Below the pieces are notes generated by a model. The model saw only the letters and a list, made by a program, of their open reading frames with translations, did not search any database and had not been told where the DNA came from. A program made the position numbers and the translations under genes. This document shows positions 27,053-35,918 of a DNA stretch of 64,000 nucleotides, one piece after another. Each line of letters begins with the position of its first letter. The stretch's first letter is position 1. The DNA is from a virus (taxonomy: Duplodnaviria > Caudoviricetes), in the IMG/VR virus record IMGVR_UViG_2574179762_000001, positions 43,762 to 107,761 of that record. One strand, given 5' to 3'.

Positions 27053-30000
27053 CGCGTTGCCGCCATCCGGGCAAGCTCGCCACCCAGCCAGTCTTGCAGC
27101 GTCCAGTGGAGGGCGTTGTCCGGGATCTGCAACTGGAAGCTGGTTGGCGCCGGTTGCAGGTGCGGTGCGCCGGACGCGGCGGGCGCGGACACCAGACCAC
27201 CTCCGGCGAATCGCGCCACCGCGCTCGATCGGGCAAACGCCGCCGGATGGACCGCGCCCCGGAATTGCGATGCCGCCGATCGCACCGCCGAACCACCGCG
27301 GTTCACCCAGTTCAGGAAGCCGACACCGACATCGCGCACGGCCGAGGCACGCACGACGTACTCCTGGTCGGAAAGCAGCGCCGGGATGCTGTCGCTGGTG
27401 GTGGTGCCAGGGCCGCGAATGTAGCCGCCGTCCGCCTTCTTTACAGCACCACCCCCACCCCCGATCCCGACAAAGGACAGCACCGTGTCTATGGTGCCCC
27501 CCATGTTCCCAAACAACGAATCGAACAGCTTCTCGCCCAGCTTCTTTCCGATGGTATTCAGTAGAGAGTTGACGACCCCCTTCGCAAACTCGTTCACCGC
27601 CTTCGACGCGCTCTTTGCGCCGGTCACGACGTCTTGAAACATCGTTCCGAAGCCAGTAATGAACGACGTCTTCGCCACCTGCTGGACATCGGTGGATGCC
27701 TTCTTGAGCCCCTCGATTTCTACTCTGACCTGCTCCGCATTGGACTTGATCTGGATTGATGGGGACGCTGCGGCAAGCTTATCGAGTTCTTGCTGCAGCC
27801 GCTCAAGATCCGGTAGCGCTTGGTCCCTGATTGGGCGGAACGCCCTCTCCAAAGAATCGCCTTCGAAACCTTGACCCTGCAGCAGCTGGCTAGACCGTTG
27901 CAGGCGCCCCAGGATTTCGTCAATTTGACCTTTGATGCGTTGGAAATCTGCCTGATCCACCTCCAGGCGAATTTTTTGCTCGACCACGTCCGGCGACAGC
28001 AGTTCGGGGTTGGCCTTGGACATCTCCATCAGATCCCGATTGCGCGCACGCACGTTCTTTTCGATCTGCTCGCGAGTGAGGGTGCCGGTGGCGGAATCAA
28101 CCTCAGTCTGAACGCCAGTGGCCTGCGCCTCCAGCAAGCGCTTCGCCCGATCACGCTCAGTATTGGATTCGCGTATCGCCTGTGTGCGATCCTGCTCCAG
28201 CTTGAGGTTGCGCGTGTTCAGCTGCTGGATTTCTGTCTCCAGCTTCTTGTTCTGGGTGGAAATCTGCACCCGCTCGTTCGGGTTCTTGGGGTTCTGGCCG
28301 CCCAAGCTCCCCTGCTCGGCCTGAAGTTTCTCGATCAGCTTCCGGTTGCGAGACTCTTCGGCATCAATGCCGTCGGTGACGATCTTCAGGCGCTGGTCAT
28401 AGTAGGCGCTGATACCAACGAGGCTGTCCTTGTAGGCGCGCTCGTTCTCCGCCTGGTCGAACGCCAGAGCGTCTTTCTTGAGCGTCAATTCCTGATCGAG
28501 CGTCGCCTTCAACTGATCGAAATCGGCCTTCGCTGCGGCATTCTGCGTGCCAAGCCCTGAGGCGCCGGCGCCCTGCCGGCGCGCCTCCGCGATCGCGTCA
28601 TTTCGGGCCTTGGTGACCTCGGCCAGGCGCTTCGGATCGAACTTCGGGTTGTCCTTCTGGAGCTCAGGCGTCTCCGACACAGCCTTGGCGAAAGCGGAGT
28701 TGATCTCCTTGATGTCGTCGGCCGCCTTCTGGGACGTGCTGCGGTGCTTCTTGACCAGGTCCGTGAAGTCCTGCAACGCGCCGCTGTTCTTGAGACCGAT
28801 CTTGCCGACGGCCTTTTCCTGCTCTGCAGCCTGCTTGTCGACTGCCTGCTGTTGCAGCTTTCCAAGTTCCTCGAGGGCCGCCAACTGCTGCCTCGCCTGG
28901 TTCAGCTCCCGATCTCGCGAGCCACGGGAGAGCTTTTCGCCGTTGCTCAGGATGAACGGCCGCATGCCGCTCGGGCCCGGCTGCTGCGCAGCGCCTTCGA
29001 GCAACGCGATCCTGTTGCGGAGTGCATCCTGTCCCGCCTTGTTCTCCCCGATATCCCCCGCCCCGAACTTCAGCTCCCGCTTCATGCGGGCAATCTTGTC
29101 ACGGGTAGTCTGCACCGACACGTCGATGCCATTGAGCGAGTCCTTCGCCGCACTGCCGAACGACGCCCAAGCGGCCACGCCGGTGATCAGCAAGGCGACG
29201 ATCCCGATGGGACCGCCCAGCAGGCCGGCGACGCGCGAAAGCACGCCTGCGGCGCCGGTCGGCCCCATGGCCGTCGCAAGTGCTGTTTGGGCTGCGGCAT
29301 GCGCTGACGCAGCAGCCGCCGCACGCTGCTGAGCGGGCACGAGCACCGTCTCCGCCAGCGCCAGCCGCTGCATACCTGCAGCGGCCGCCACCGCGGCCTC
29401 AGCCTCGGCAAGCAGCAAACCGGTATGGATCCGAACGGCATCCGCATGCGCCACCTTCGCCCGCAGATCCGCCAGCGTGGCAGCGGTAGCCGCCCGAGTG
29501 GCAGCATCGCCGCCGAGGGTTGCACTGGTCGCCGCGGTGATAGCGCCGGCAACGCCCTCCAGCACTCCACGCACCACCTGGAATACCTTGAGCGCCGCGT
29601 ATGCCTGCCCGAGCGCAACCACGGCTTCGCGATGCTCGAGCAGGAAGCCAGCCACCCGGCGCAGGCCCTGCCCGAGGTCGACCAGACCCTCCGCAAAGCT
29701 CCGCATCGTCTGCACGGTCTGCGGATTGAGCTGGATCGACTTGACCTTGTCTCCCTCGCGCTCGATTGTGACGAAGGCGTCGGCCGCCTCCCCCAGCCCT
29801 TCCTTGATGGCATCGAAGAGCGGCTTGAAACCCTCGGCCGCCGCGCGCGTCGCCCCCTCCTTCAGGCTGGAGAGCCGGCCGTCGAAGGTGTCACCGAAGC
29901 GCGCGGACGCGGCCTCGAAGCCCTGCAGCCGGTCCATCAGGAACTTGAACAGGCCTTCGCTCGAAGCCTTGGCGCGCTTGATGTCCTCGTCCTTGATGCC

Positions 30001-30693
30001 CAGCGCAGTGGCCAGGGTGGAGCCCGACGGCGTGATGCCGCCCTGCACCAGATCACGCAACTCCTGAATCACCTGGTTCGAGTTCAAGCCGAGCGACTTG
30101 ACCGCGTTGACACCGGTCACGGTCAACTGGCGCACCTGCTCGAGCGTCAGCTTGGCGGCCAGCGCCGGCCCAAGGATCGCTTGGAAAGCGCGAACGAGTT
30201 CCTCGCTGTTGGCGGCTGTGGCCAGCGCGTCGTTGTTCAGGTCCGCGATGATCTTGCGCGAGATGCCCAGAGCCTGGTTCAGGCTGACAGCCTTGCCGTC
30301 GATCGTGATCATCGAGGACAGGATGCCGGCCATCCCAAGCTCAGCCGTCTCCATACTGGCAGAGAACTTGATGCCCGCTTCCGGCAGGCCAGTCAAAGCC
30401 GCCTTCACGGCCTGCAACGCCTGACCGATGATGAAGATTCCGGCAGCAACAGTGCCGATGCTCTTCAGGCCCGCGACGCTCTGACCGATCGATCGGACTT
30501 CGTCGCCGACCTTCGCCAGCTCTCCAGCCGTTGAGCGGGCGGTCGTCTGGACGCCCTGCAGGCCTGACTGCACGCCGGTGAGATTCTTGCCTGCGTCGTC
30601 GGTCTTCTTCAGCGCGGACGCAAAGTCGCGCAGAGCGGCCAAGGCCCGCTCGTTTGCGAGATTGATCCGGTAGCTGATCTCACGTTCGGTCAT
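27049..30693 (-). CDS. Tail tape measure protein
   Basis: 1214 aa, Ala-rich helical; C-terminal GGYIRGPGTTTSDSIPALLSDQEYV. Confidence 0.93.
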   Translation of the reverse strand: MTEREISYRINLANERALAALRDFASALKKTDDAGKNLTGVQSGLQGVQTTARSTAGELAKVGDEVRSIGQSVAGLKSIGTVAAGIFIIGQALQAVKAALTGLPEAGIKFSASMETAELGMAGILSSMITIDGKAVSLNQALGISRKIIADLNNDALATAANSEELVRAFQAILGPALAAKLTLEQVRQLTVTGVNAVKSLGLNSNQVIQELRDLVQGGITPSGSTLATALGIKDEDIKRAKASSEGLFKFLMDRLQGFEAASARFGDTFDGRLSSLKEGATRAAAEGFKPLFDAIKEGLGEAADAFVTIEREGDKVKSIQLNPQTVQTMRSFAEGLVDLGQGLRRVAGFLLEHREAVVALGQAYAALKVFQVVRGVLEGVAGAITAATSATLGGDAATRAATAATLADLRAKVAHADAVRIHTGLLLAEAEAAVAAAAGMQRLALAETVLVPAQQRAAAAASAHAAAQTALATAMGPTGAAGVLSRVAGLLGGPIGIVALLITGVAAWASFGSAAKDSLNGIDVSVQTTRDKIARMKRELKFGAGDIGENKAGQDALRNRIALLEGAAQQPGPSGMRPFILSNGEKLSRGSRDRELNQARQQLAALEELGKLQQQAVDKQAAEQEKAVGKIGLKNSGALQDFTDLVKKHRSTSQKAADDIKEINSAFAKAVSETPELQKDNPKFDPKRLAEVTKARNDAIAEARRQGAGASGLGTQNAAAKADFDQLKATLDQELTLKKDALAFDQAENERAYKDSLVGISAYYDQRLKIVTDGIDAEESRNRKLIEKLQAEQGSLGGQNPKNPNERVQISTQNKKLETEIQQLNTRNLKLEQDRTQAIRESNTERDRAKRLLEAQATGVQTEVDSATGTLTREQIEKNVRARNRDLMEMSKANPELLSPDVVEQKIRLEVDQADFQRIKGQIDEILGRLQRSSQLLQGQGFEGDSLERAFRPIRDQALPDLERLQQELDKLAAASPSIQIKSNAEQVRVEIEGLKKASTDVQQVAKTSFITGFGTMFQDVVTGAKSASKAVNEFAKGVVNSLLNTIGKKLGEKLFDSLFGNMGGTIDTVLSFVGIGGGGGAVKKADGGYIRGPGTTTSDSIPALLSDQEYVVRASAVRDVGVGFLNWVNRGGSAVRSAASQFRGAVHPAAFARSSAVARFAGGGLVSAPAASGAPHLQPAPTSFQLQIPDNALHWTLQDWLGGELARMAATR

Positions 30694-30965
30694 GGGCGTC
30701 TAAGTGGTGCGCTGAATGCTTTCCAGAGTTGTTTCCAGCCCTTCTCATCGGCTTGACCGCCACGCGCGATCAGGAGCTGCTCCCGGCTACGCTCCTGCGC
30801 CTGCCTGGCAATGGCATCCGAGAAGCCCCTCAGCTGGGCCATGGTGTAGCCCAGCACTTCTCTCAGACTGTGGCCGGCCCCGACGAGCTGTTGGGCGATG
30901 TCGAACCACCCGGGAACATCGCCTGAAGCTGGCTGGCTACTGGCTTCAGACGTTGCTCGAAAAAA
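30690..30965 (-). CDS. Tail assembly chaperone 'T' segment reached by -1 frameshift
   Basis: Open -1 frame WFDIAQQLVGAGH...YTMAQLRGF; its TGA overlaps the TMP ATG; slippery T TTT TTC (30959-30965) and C CCG GGT (30908-30914). Confidence 0.7.
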   Translation of the reverse strand, partial: FFRATSEASSQPASGDVPGWFDIAQQLVGAGHSLREVLGYTMAQLRGFSDAIARQAQERSREQLLIARGGQADEKGWKQLWKAFSAPLRRP

Positions 30966-31297
30966 TCTCGGTTCACGCTAAGCACGTCCGCGAACAGATT
31001 GACCGGCACGTCCAGCTCCTGCTCGTCCAGCCAGTCCCGCTCCACGCGCGCACCAATGCAGATGACAGTAAGCAAAGCCTCCGCATGCCGCGTGAACAGG
31101 TGCACGATGTCGCCGGCCACCATTGCATCCGGCAGCACGCCGATGTCGGCGAAGACGGGCTCCAGAGCTGACAGCATGGGGCCGAATTCCTTCACCTTGA
31201 GGGGGGTAATCCGAACCTGACGCTCGCCGAAGCCCCTCTCGATCGAGGGGCCGCCGGCGAGCTGTGTCAGTTCGGCAACGGGTGCAGGGGTGCTCAT
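30863..31297 (-). CDS. Tail assembly chaperone (G-like)
   Basis: ITPLKVKEF...VNRDFF; between the tail tube gene and TMP. Confidence 0.8.
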   Translation of the reverse strand: MSTPAPVAELTQLAGGPSIERGFGERQVRITPLKVKEFGPMLSALEPVFADIGVLPDAMVAGDIVHLFTRHAEALLTVICIGARVERDWLDEQELDVPVNLFADVLSVNRDFFEQRLKPVASQLQAMFPGGSTSPNSSSGPATV

Positions 31298-31300
31298 GGA

Positions 31301-32071
31301 TTACGTCAGTTGGACCAAGCGGCCGAACTGGCCGTAGTCGCTGGCCGCGGTCTTGGTTTGGTCGCTCAAGCACGACCCGGCCAGCTCAAACGTGTTGAGG
31401 TCGTCGCTGATCATCGAGAAGTCCTTCGCCGGATCCAGGCGGGTGCGGTAGATATCGAGCACCACCTTCGGAAAGCCAGACACTGCGGTGTTGAGCCCAA
31501 CGAAGCGCACCCAGTATTCGACGTTGGCGGCCGTGTACATCTTCACGCGACTCAGAGCGGCCTTCGTGTAGTCGGCCTTCAGAGGCAGCGTGTACGGGCC
31601 GCCGGTCGTCGCGTCCAGAATCTCGATCTGACCAGATTTCGAGTCCAGATCGTAGTTCGTGCCGGCCGCCAGGGTCTTCGGCGTTCCGGAGCTGTCCTTG
31701 ATGGTGACGGCCGACAGATCCTGAGCAGCCAGGATGAAGACATTGCCGACCGCGAGCGTGCCGGTAGTCGGCGAGATGATTTCGTTGGTGACCGATCCGG
31801 ACGACTGGGCCACCGCGTCGCCCTGCGTGAGCAGCTGGATGTTTTCGGTGCTGATCTGGCGGAGCGAAGCCTTGAAGCTCATCTTGAGCTCGCGCGTGAT
31901 ACGCACAACAGTCTGCCGGTTGCCGGAATAGTTTTCCTTGGCCTCCAGCACATCGGGCTCCGCCGAGAACGAGACGTCAGCGGCGTCGCCGACCCAGCGC
32001 AGCGCCTTCGGATTGCCGGCGGTGTCGCGCTGGCCGAAGAACAGCTTTCCCTGCCCCGAGAAGTAATCCAT
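31301..32071 (-). CDS. Major tail tube protein
   Basis: YFSGQGK, WVGD, KENYSGNRQ, FVGLNTA, FELAG..L.D. Confidence 0.85.
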   Translation of the reverse strand: MDYFSGQGKLFFGQRDTAGNPKALRWVGDAADVSFSAEPDVLEAKENYSGNRQTVVRITRELKMSFKASLRQISTENIQLLTQGDAVAQSSGSVTNEIISPTTGTLAVGNVFILAAQDLSAVTIKDSSGTPKTLAAGTNYDLDSKSGQIEILDATTGGPYTLPLKADYTKAALSRVKMYTAANVEYWVRFVGLNTAVSGFPKVVLDIYRTRLDPAKDFSMISDDLNTFELAGSCLSDQTKTAASDYGQFGRLVQLT

Positions 32072-32092
32072 GATGATCTCCAGTTTTGGCCG

Positions 32093-32545
32093 TTACGGGG
32101 CCGTGGGTTTTTCCAAGTACTCGACGACGCCCAGCACCTGGGCGCAAACCGTTTTCGTGCCTGCGCCACGGGGCATCGCCCTGTCGCCGACAATGCGCAG
32201 GTTCATGACGCGACCATCCAAGCCACCATCCTTGAACACAGCACGCTTGATATCCGCGATCATGGCGTGCGCCTTGATCAGGGGGTTGTCGGGATCACAG
32301 GTGTCAAAGCCTTCGATCACGAACGACCGCGCCCAGGTGTTGGTGCCCGCATGCGGCCGGGTAGCGTCCTTGCTCTCGCCGGAGCCGTCATGCAACGAGG
32401 ACAACGGCACCGGATCCTGCTCGTCGTTTCCAAACTCTCTGCCGAGATAGACTCGCGCGCCGATGTCGGTCGCGTAGCCATCGGCCGTGCGGATCGATTG
32501 GAGCCGCTCCTTGAGCGCCAGGAGGATGTCGAGGGCCTTGCTCAT
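32093..32545 (-). CDS. Tail terminator (gpU-like)
   Basis: L.SI..ADGYATDIG.RV..GR, ADIKRAV. Confidence 0.7.
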   Translation of the reverse strand: MSKALDILLALKERLQSIRTADGYATDIGARVYLGREFGNDEQDPVPLSSLHDGSGESKDATRPHAGTNTWARSFVIEGFDTCDPDNPLIKAHAMIADIKRAVFKDGGLDGRVMNLRIVGDRAMPRGAGTKTVCAQVLGVVEYLEKPTAP

Positions 32546-32868
32546 GCCTTGTTGACCCAGTAGGCAGCGACGAAGCTGTCATCCTCGTCGCGTTCGTCGA
32601 TGGTGTAAGTCACCGAGGCCAGCTCGCCGAGCTCTTCCGGCGTGCCGTCGTAAATAATCGTGGTGCCACGCGGCAGAGACGCAATGTCCTCGCGCAGCAC
32701 GGTGATCCGCGTACCGACCTCGGTACGATCGCCGTACTCCCCACTGATGCGCGGCCGGCGCTCGACGACGGCGTCGAAGACCACGCTGCCGGCGCGCAGG
32801 CGCGCGTTCGCCAGGCGGCGAATGACCGACCTGGCAATGCGCTGATCAAGGGAGTACGGTGCGGCCAT
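32542..32868 (-). CDS. Head-tail joining protein (gpFII-like)
   Basis: Position, size, YTIDE..EDD. Confidence 0.6.
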   Translation of the reverse strand: MAAPYSLDQRIARSVIRRLANARLRAGSVVFDAVVERRPRISGEYGDRTEVGTRITVLREDIASLPRGTTIIYDGTPEELGELASVTYTIDERDEDDSFVAAYWVNKA

Positions 32869-32882
32869 GACTTACCGGCTCG

Positions 32883-33227
32883 TCAGGTTGCCACCGGCAG
32901 GTAGGCGCCGAGCTTGATCTTGACGGTCGCGCTCGGGTTCGCCGCAGCTTCGACCGCCACGCCCACACATTGCTGCGCGGTGCTGGTCTTGTTGACCACC
33001 TTGTTGGTCGCATCCCAGAACACCCGGTCACCGACGCTGATGGCCAGGGCCGAGGTCTTGGCGATCTCGATCACCCCCTCGGTGCGGAACTCATTGGCGA
33101 CGCCATTCTTGGCATCGTTGACCGCGACGCCGAACAGGCCGGCACCGAATAGGTACCCGATACCGGCCGCCACATCGGCGGCGGGGGTCAGCGTCAGGGT
33201 CTCGCCGTACTGAATGAAGTTCTTCAT
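32883..33227 (-). CDS. DUF2190 capsid cement/decoration protein
   Basis: MKNFIQYGETLTLT, TEGV.E.AK, GDRVFWD. Confidence 0.85.
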   Translation of the reverse strand: MKNFIQYGETLTLTPAADVAAGIGYLFGAGLFGVAVNDAKNGVANEFRTEGVIEIAKTSALAISVGDRVFWDATNKVVNKTSTAQQCVGVAVEAAANPSATVKIKLGAYLPVAT

Positions 33228-33266
33228 GATCCGATCCTTTCGAAATCAGTGGGTGGAATCGGCGGG

Positions 33267-35342
33267 TTACGCGCCTGGGTTCTTGTGCGCGCCGCGGTAA
33301 TCGATGCCCGCCACACCGAAATCGATGCGGACCTTGTAGCGGGCGCCGTCCACGTCGAAGCCGTTCTGCAGCTCGAGGTACGGGTCCTGTGCGCCGTCCA
33401 GGAACGCGACCTCCAGCGCCGGGGCCTCCGCCGGATCGGCGAAGAAGTACCAGGCAGTGCCAGAAAGGCGCGGGGTATCGACGATGTCGCGCACCAAGCC
33501 GCGCACGAGGTTCGGCTTCTGCAGCTTGTTGGCGGTGTCCGGGTCGTACTGGGCGTCGTTGGTCACGCGCGCGGTACCGCCGATGCCAATCGGGCCCAGC
33601 CAGATCGCGGGGCGCAGGTCGAGATAGTCGTTGCCGCTGACATCCTTCTGCTGCGCCATCTGCACGCGGCCGGCCTCGAAGGAGGCCACTGCCGGCGCCG
33701 CCGCGGTGCCAGCGATGTTTCCGTGGCTGGCATGGAACAGGGCCAGGCCGTCTTCCAGCGTCGGACCGGCGCCGGAATTTTCCGCCAGGCGGGCATACAC
33801 GGCCGCCTCGATGGTGCGCTTGGCGGCGCGGCCAAGCATGCTGGCAAGACCGATGAACGCGCCCAGATCATCATTGATGATCATCTGGCGGCTCAGATTG
33901 ATGATGTTCCCGCGGGTGCCGGCCGTGATGGAGGCCTTCTCGCCATCCGGGATGGTCTTGTTCTTGAACTCGCCGAGTTCGTTCAGCACGTCCAGGTTGC
34001 CGAGGCTGCCGACACGGTAGCGCGGATGTGCGCGGAAGTCCGACACGCTGCCGATCGAGCAGAAGCGGCTCCAGGTATCCGGAGCGAGCGCGTAGGCCTG
34101 CTGCAGCGTCTTGTGCATCGTGTTTTCGAGCAGGATCGGGAAATCGCTGGTGGACTGCGTGAACGCAGCCGCTACGATCTTCATCTGATCCATGCCGTCA
34201 ACCTTGACGCCAGCCCGGACGAGGCATGCACGCGCCAGATCGAGCAGCTTGTAGCCACGCAGCGGATTGGCTGCGTTGGCGCGCACCGGCGAACCCTTGT
34301 CATCACGGGCGGCGGCTCGGGCCAGGATTGCCTCCGTCGCGGCCGCCCGGAATTTGTCCTGCTCATCCTCGACCGTGACGATGTTGCCGGCCACCGGCGT
34401 GCCTTCCTTGCCGAGGTGTGCCAGCAGCTTCTCGCGGGCGCCCTGCACGCTGCATTGGGTGTCGGCCTCGCAGGCAGCCATCAGATCGGCGACGCCTTCG
34501 CGGGCGCCAAAGCTGGCAAAGGCCGCGCGGATATCGGTACGACGCTGAGCTTCGGCTTGCACGCCGCGCGCAACGGCTTCCGCCTGGCTGGCTTGGGCCG
34601 CAGAATCGGCCGGAGTTGCGGGCGCCGGTGCAGCGGCCGCCGGGTTCGGATGAGGCATGTGCTTCTCCTTCAAGTTGAAAGCGGCTGCCGCCGCCGGGAT
34701 GGCGCGGAAGCGAGAAAGGTCGTGGGAGGCCGCAATCGGCATCGCCGTGGTGACCGTATCGACGAACTTCTCGGCCAGAGCCTGCTCGGCCGTGTAGTAG
34801 TGGTCGACGCCATCGGTGAGCAGAGCCAGCATCTCCTCGGCGGGCCGACCAGTCTTGGCGGCATAGCTGTTCGACATGGCCTGCGACCAGGTATCGAGGT
34901 AGTCGGCGACCTCGCGCAGCGCGACGGCATTGCCCGAGGCGTAGACCCACGGTGCGTGGATCATCAGGATGGCGTTCTCGGCCATCTCGACGGTGTCGCC
35001 GGCCATAGCGATCAGGCTGGCGATGCTCATGGCGGTGCCATCAATGCTGACCGTGACCGCGGCGCGGTGCCGCTTGAGCGCGTTGTAGATGGCGATGCCA
35101 TCGGAGACCGAGCCGCCGAAGCTGTTGATGCGTACGGTAAGCTCGTCGACGTTCAGCGCCGCCACTTCCTTGACGAAGTCAGCGGCCGCCACGGACTCAC
35201 CCCACCAGGATTCCCCGATATCGCCGTAAATGAAGATCTCGGCGGAGCTTGCGGCCACGCCGCCGGCAGCGACCGCCGCGGCGGCTGCGGCCGTGGCAGC
35301 GCGGGCGCGAATGCTGTACCACTTTTGGGGAGACTTGCTCAT
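33267..35342 (-). CDS. ClpP-type prohead protease fused to the major capsid protein
   Basis: IYGDIG, RINSFGGSV, AMSIASLIAMAGD, MIHAPW; capsid part STSDFP...FDVDG..YKVRIDFG...DYRG. Confidence 0.92.
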   Translation of the reverse strand: MSKSPQKWYSIRARAATAAAAAAVAAGGVAASSAEIFIYGDIGESWWGESVAAADFVKEVAALNVDELTVRINSFGGSVSDGIAIYNALKRHRAAVTVSIDGTAMSIASLIAMAGDTVEMAENAILMIHAPWVYASGNAVALREVADYLDTWSQAMSNSYAAKTGRPAEEMLALLTDGVDHYYTAEQALAEKFVDTVTTAMPIAASHDLSRFRAIPAAAAAFNLKEKHMPHPNPAAAAPAPATPADSAAQASQAEAVARGVQAEAQRRTDIRAAFASFGAREGVADLMAACEADTQCSVQGAREKLLAHLGKEGTPVAGNIVTVEDEQDKFRAAATEAILARAAARDDKGSPVRANAANPLRGYKLLDLARACLVRAGVKVDGMDQMKIVAAAFTQSTSDFPILLENTMHKTLQQAYALAPDTWSRFCSIGSVSDFRAHPRYRVGSLGNLDVLNELGEFKNKTIPDGEKASITAGTRGNIINLSRQMIINDDLGAFIGLASMLGRAAKRTIEAAVYARLAENSGAGPTLEDGLALFHASHGNIAGTAAAPAVASFEAGRVQMAQQKDVSGNDYLDLRPAIWLGPIGIGGTARVTNDAQYDPDTANKLQKPNLVRGLVRDIVDTPRLSGTAWYFFADPAEAPALEVAFLDGAQDPYLELQNGFDVDGARYKVRIDFGVAGIDYRGAHKNPGA

Positions 35343-35372
35343 CGCCAAGACCTGTGCATTTGGTATGCAGCA

Positions 35373-35419
35373 AGTCTGGCAAAAAGCGATTCCGGTTTTT
35401 AGGGGTAAAACCGGAATAT
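35373..35419 (-). promoter_or_regulatory. Putative activator-dependent late promoter (palindrome plus -10 CAGACT)
   Basis: TCCGGTTTTTAGGGGTAAAACCGGAATAT, near-identical to 37701-37729, with the same 12-nt spacing to the -10. Confidence 0.7.
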
Positions 35420-35468
35420 TTTCAGCGGCGATGGATTCTTGCCTTGATGTAGCATCGGGCCGTGCATG

Positions 35469-35632
35469 CGTACCCACAAAAAAAGCCCCGAAAACCGGGG
35501 CTTTTTCTTGATTCCGAGGGGAACTTCATTCCCAGGGGAGCGGTTTCCCCCGTACCCACAAAAAAAGCCCCGAAAACCGGGGCTTTTTCTTGATTCCGAG
35601 GGGAACTTCATTCCCAGGGGAGCGGTTTCCCC
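35469..35632. repeat. Perfect 82-bp tandem duplication containing a bidirectional intrinsic terminator
   Basis: Units 35469-35550 and 35551-35632; AAAAAAAGCCCCG-AAAAC-CGGGGCTTTTT in each. Confidence 0.95.
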
Positions 35633-35880
35633 GTCATCGCCAGCGATTGGCCGACCAGCAGGACCTGGACCGTGTTGTGGGTGATCGAAGTCTGCGACAG
35701 GCGCTGGGCGCCCTGCAGAATCTGCTCCCGGCTGAGCTCCGGCCGCCGGGCCAAGATGGCCATCACGGCCGTCTCACCCAGCTGAGCCTGCTTTACCATT
35801 GGCCGCAGGGCCGGAATGGCCACCAGGGCCGCCCCCACCAGCTGAGCTTGCTCTACCATTTGCTTGATCATCGTCGTCAC
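35608..35880 (-). CDS. Hypothetical protein with a 20-aa internal repeat, between portal and protease/capsid
   Basis: MVEQAQLVGAALVAIPALRP / MVKQAQLGETAVMAILARRP. Confidence 0.5.
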   Translation of the reverse strand: MTTMIKQMVEQAQLVGAALVAIPALRPMVKQAQLGETAVMAILARRPELSREQILQGAQRLSQTSITHNTVQVLLVGQSLAMTGKPLPWE

Positions 35881-35918
35881 CTTTTCGGATCCCTAACCCA
35901 AATCATAGCTCCAGCTCC

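Noticed and set aside
35469-35632. CRISPR array or solitary type I-E-like repeat (CGGTTTCCCC...GGGGAAC)
   Set aside because: The two units are fully identical with no variable spacer, the repeat-like halves are about 50 nt apart and no cas genes are present
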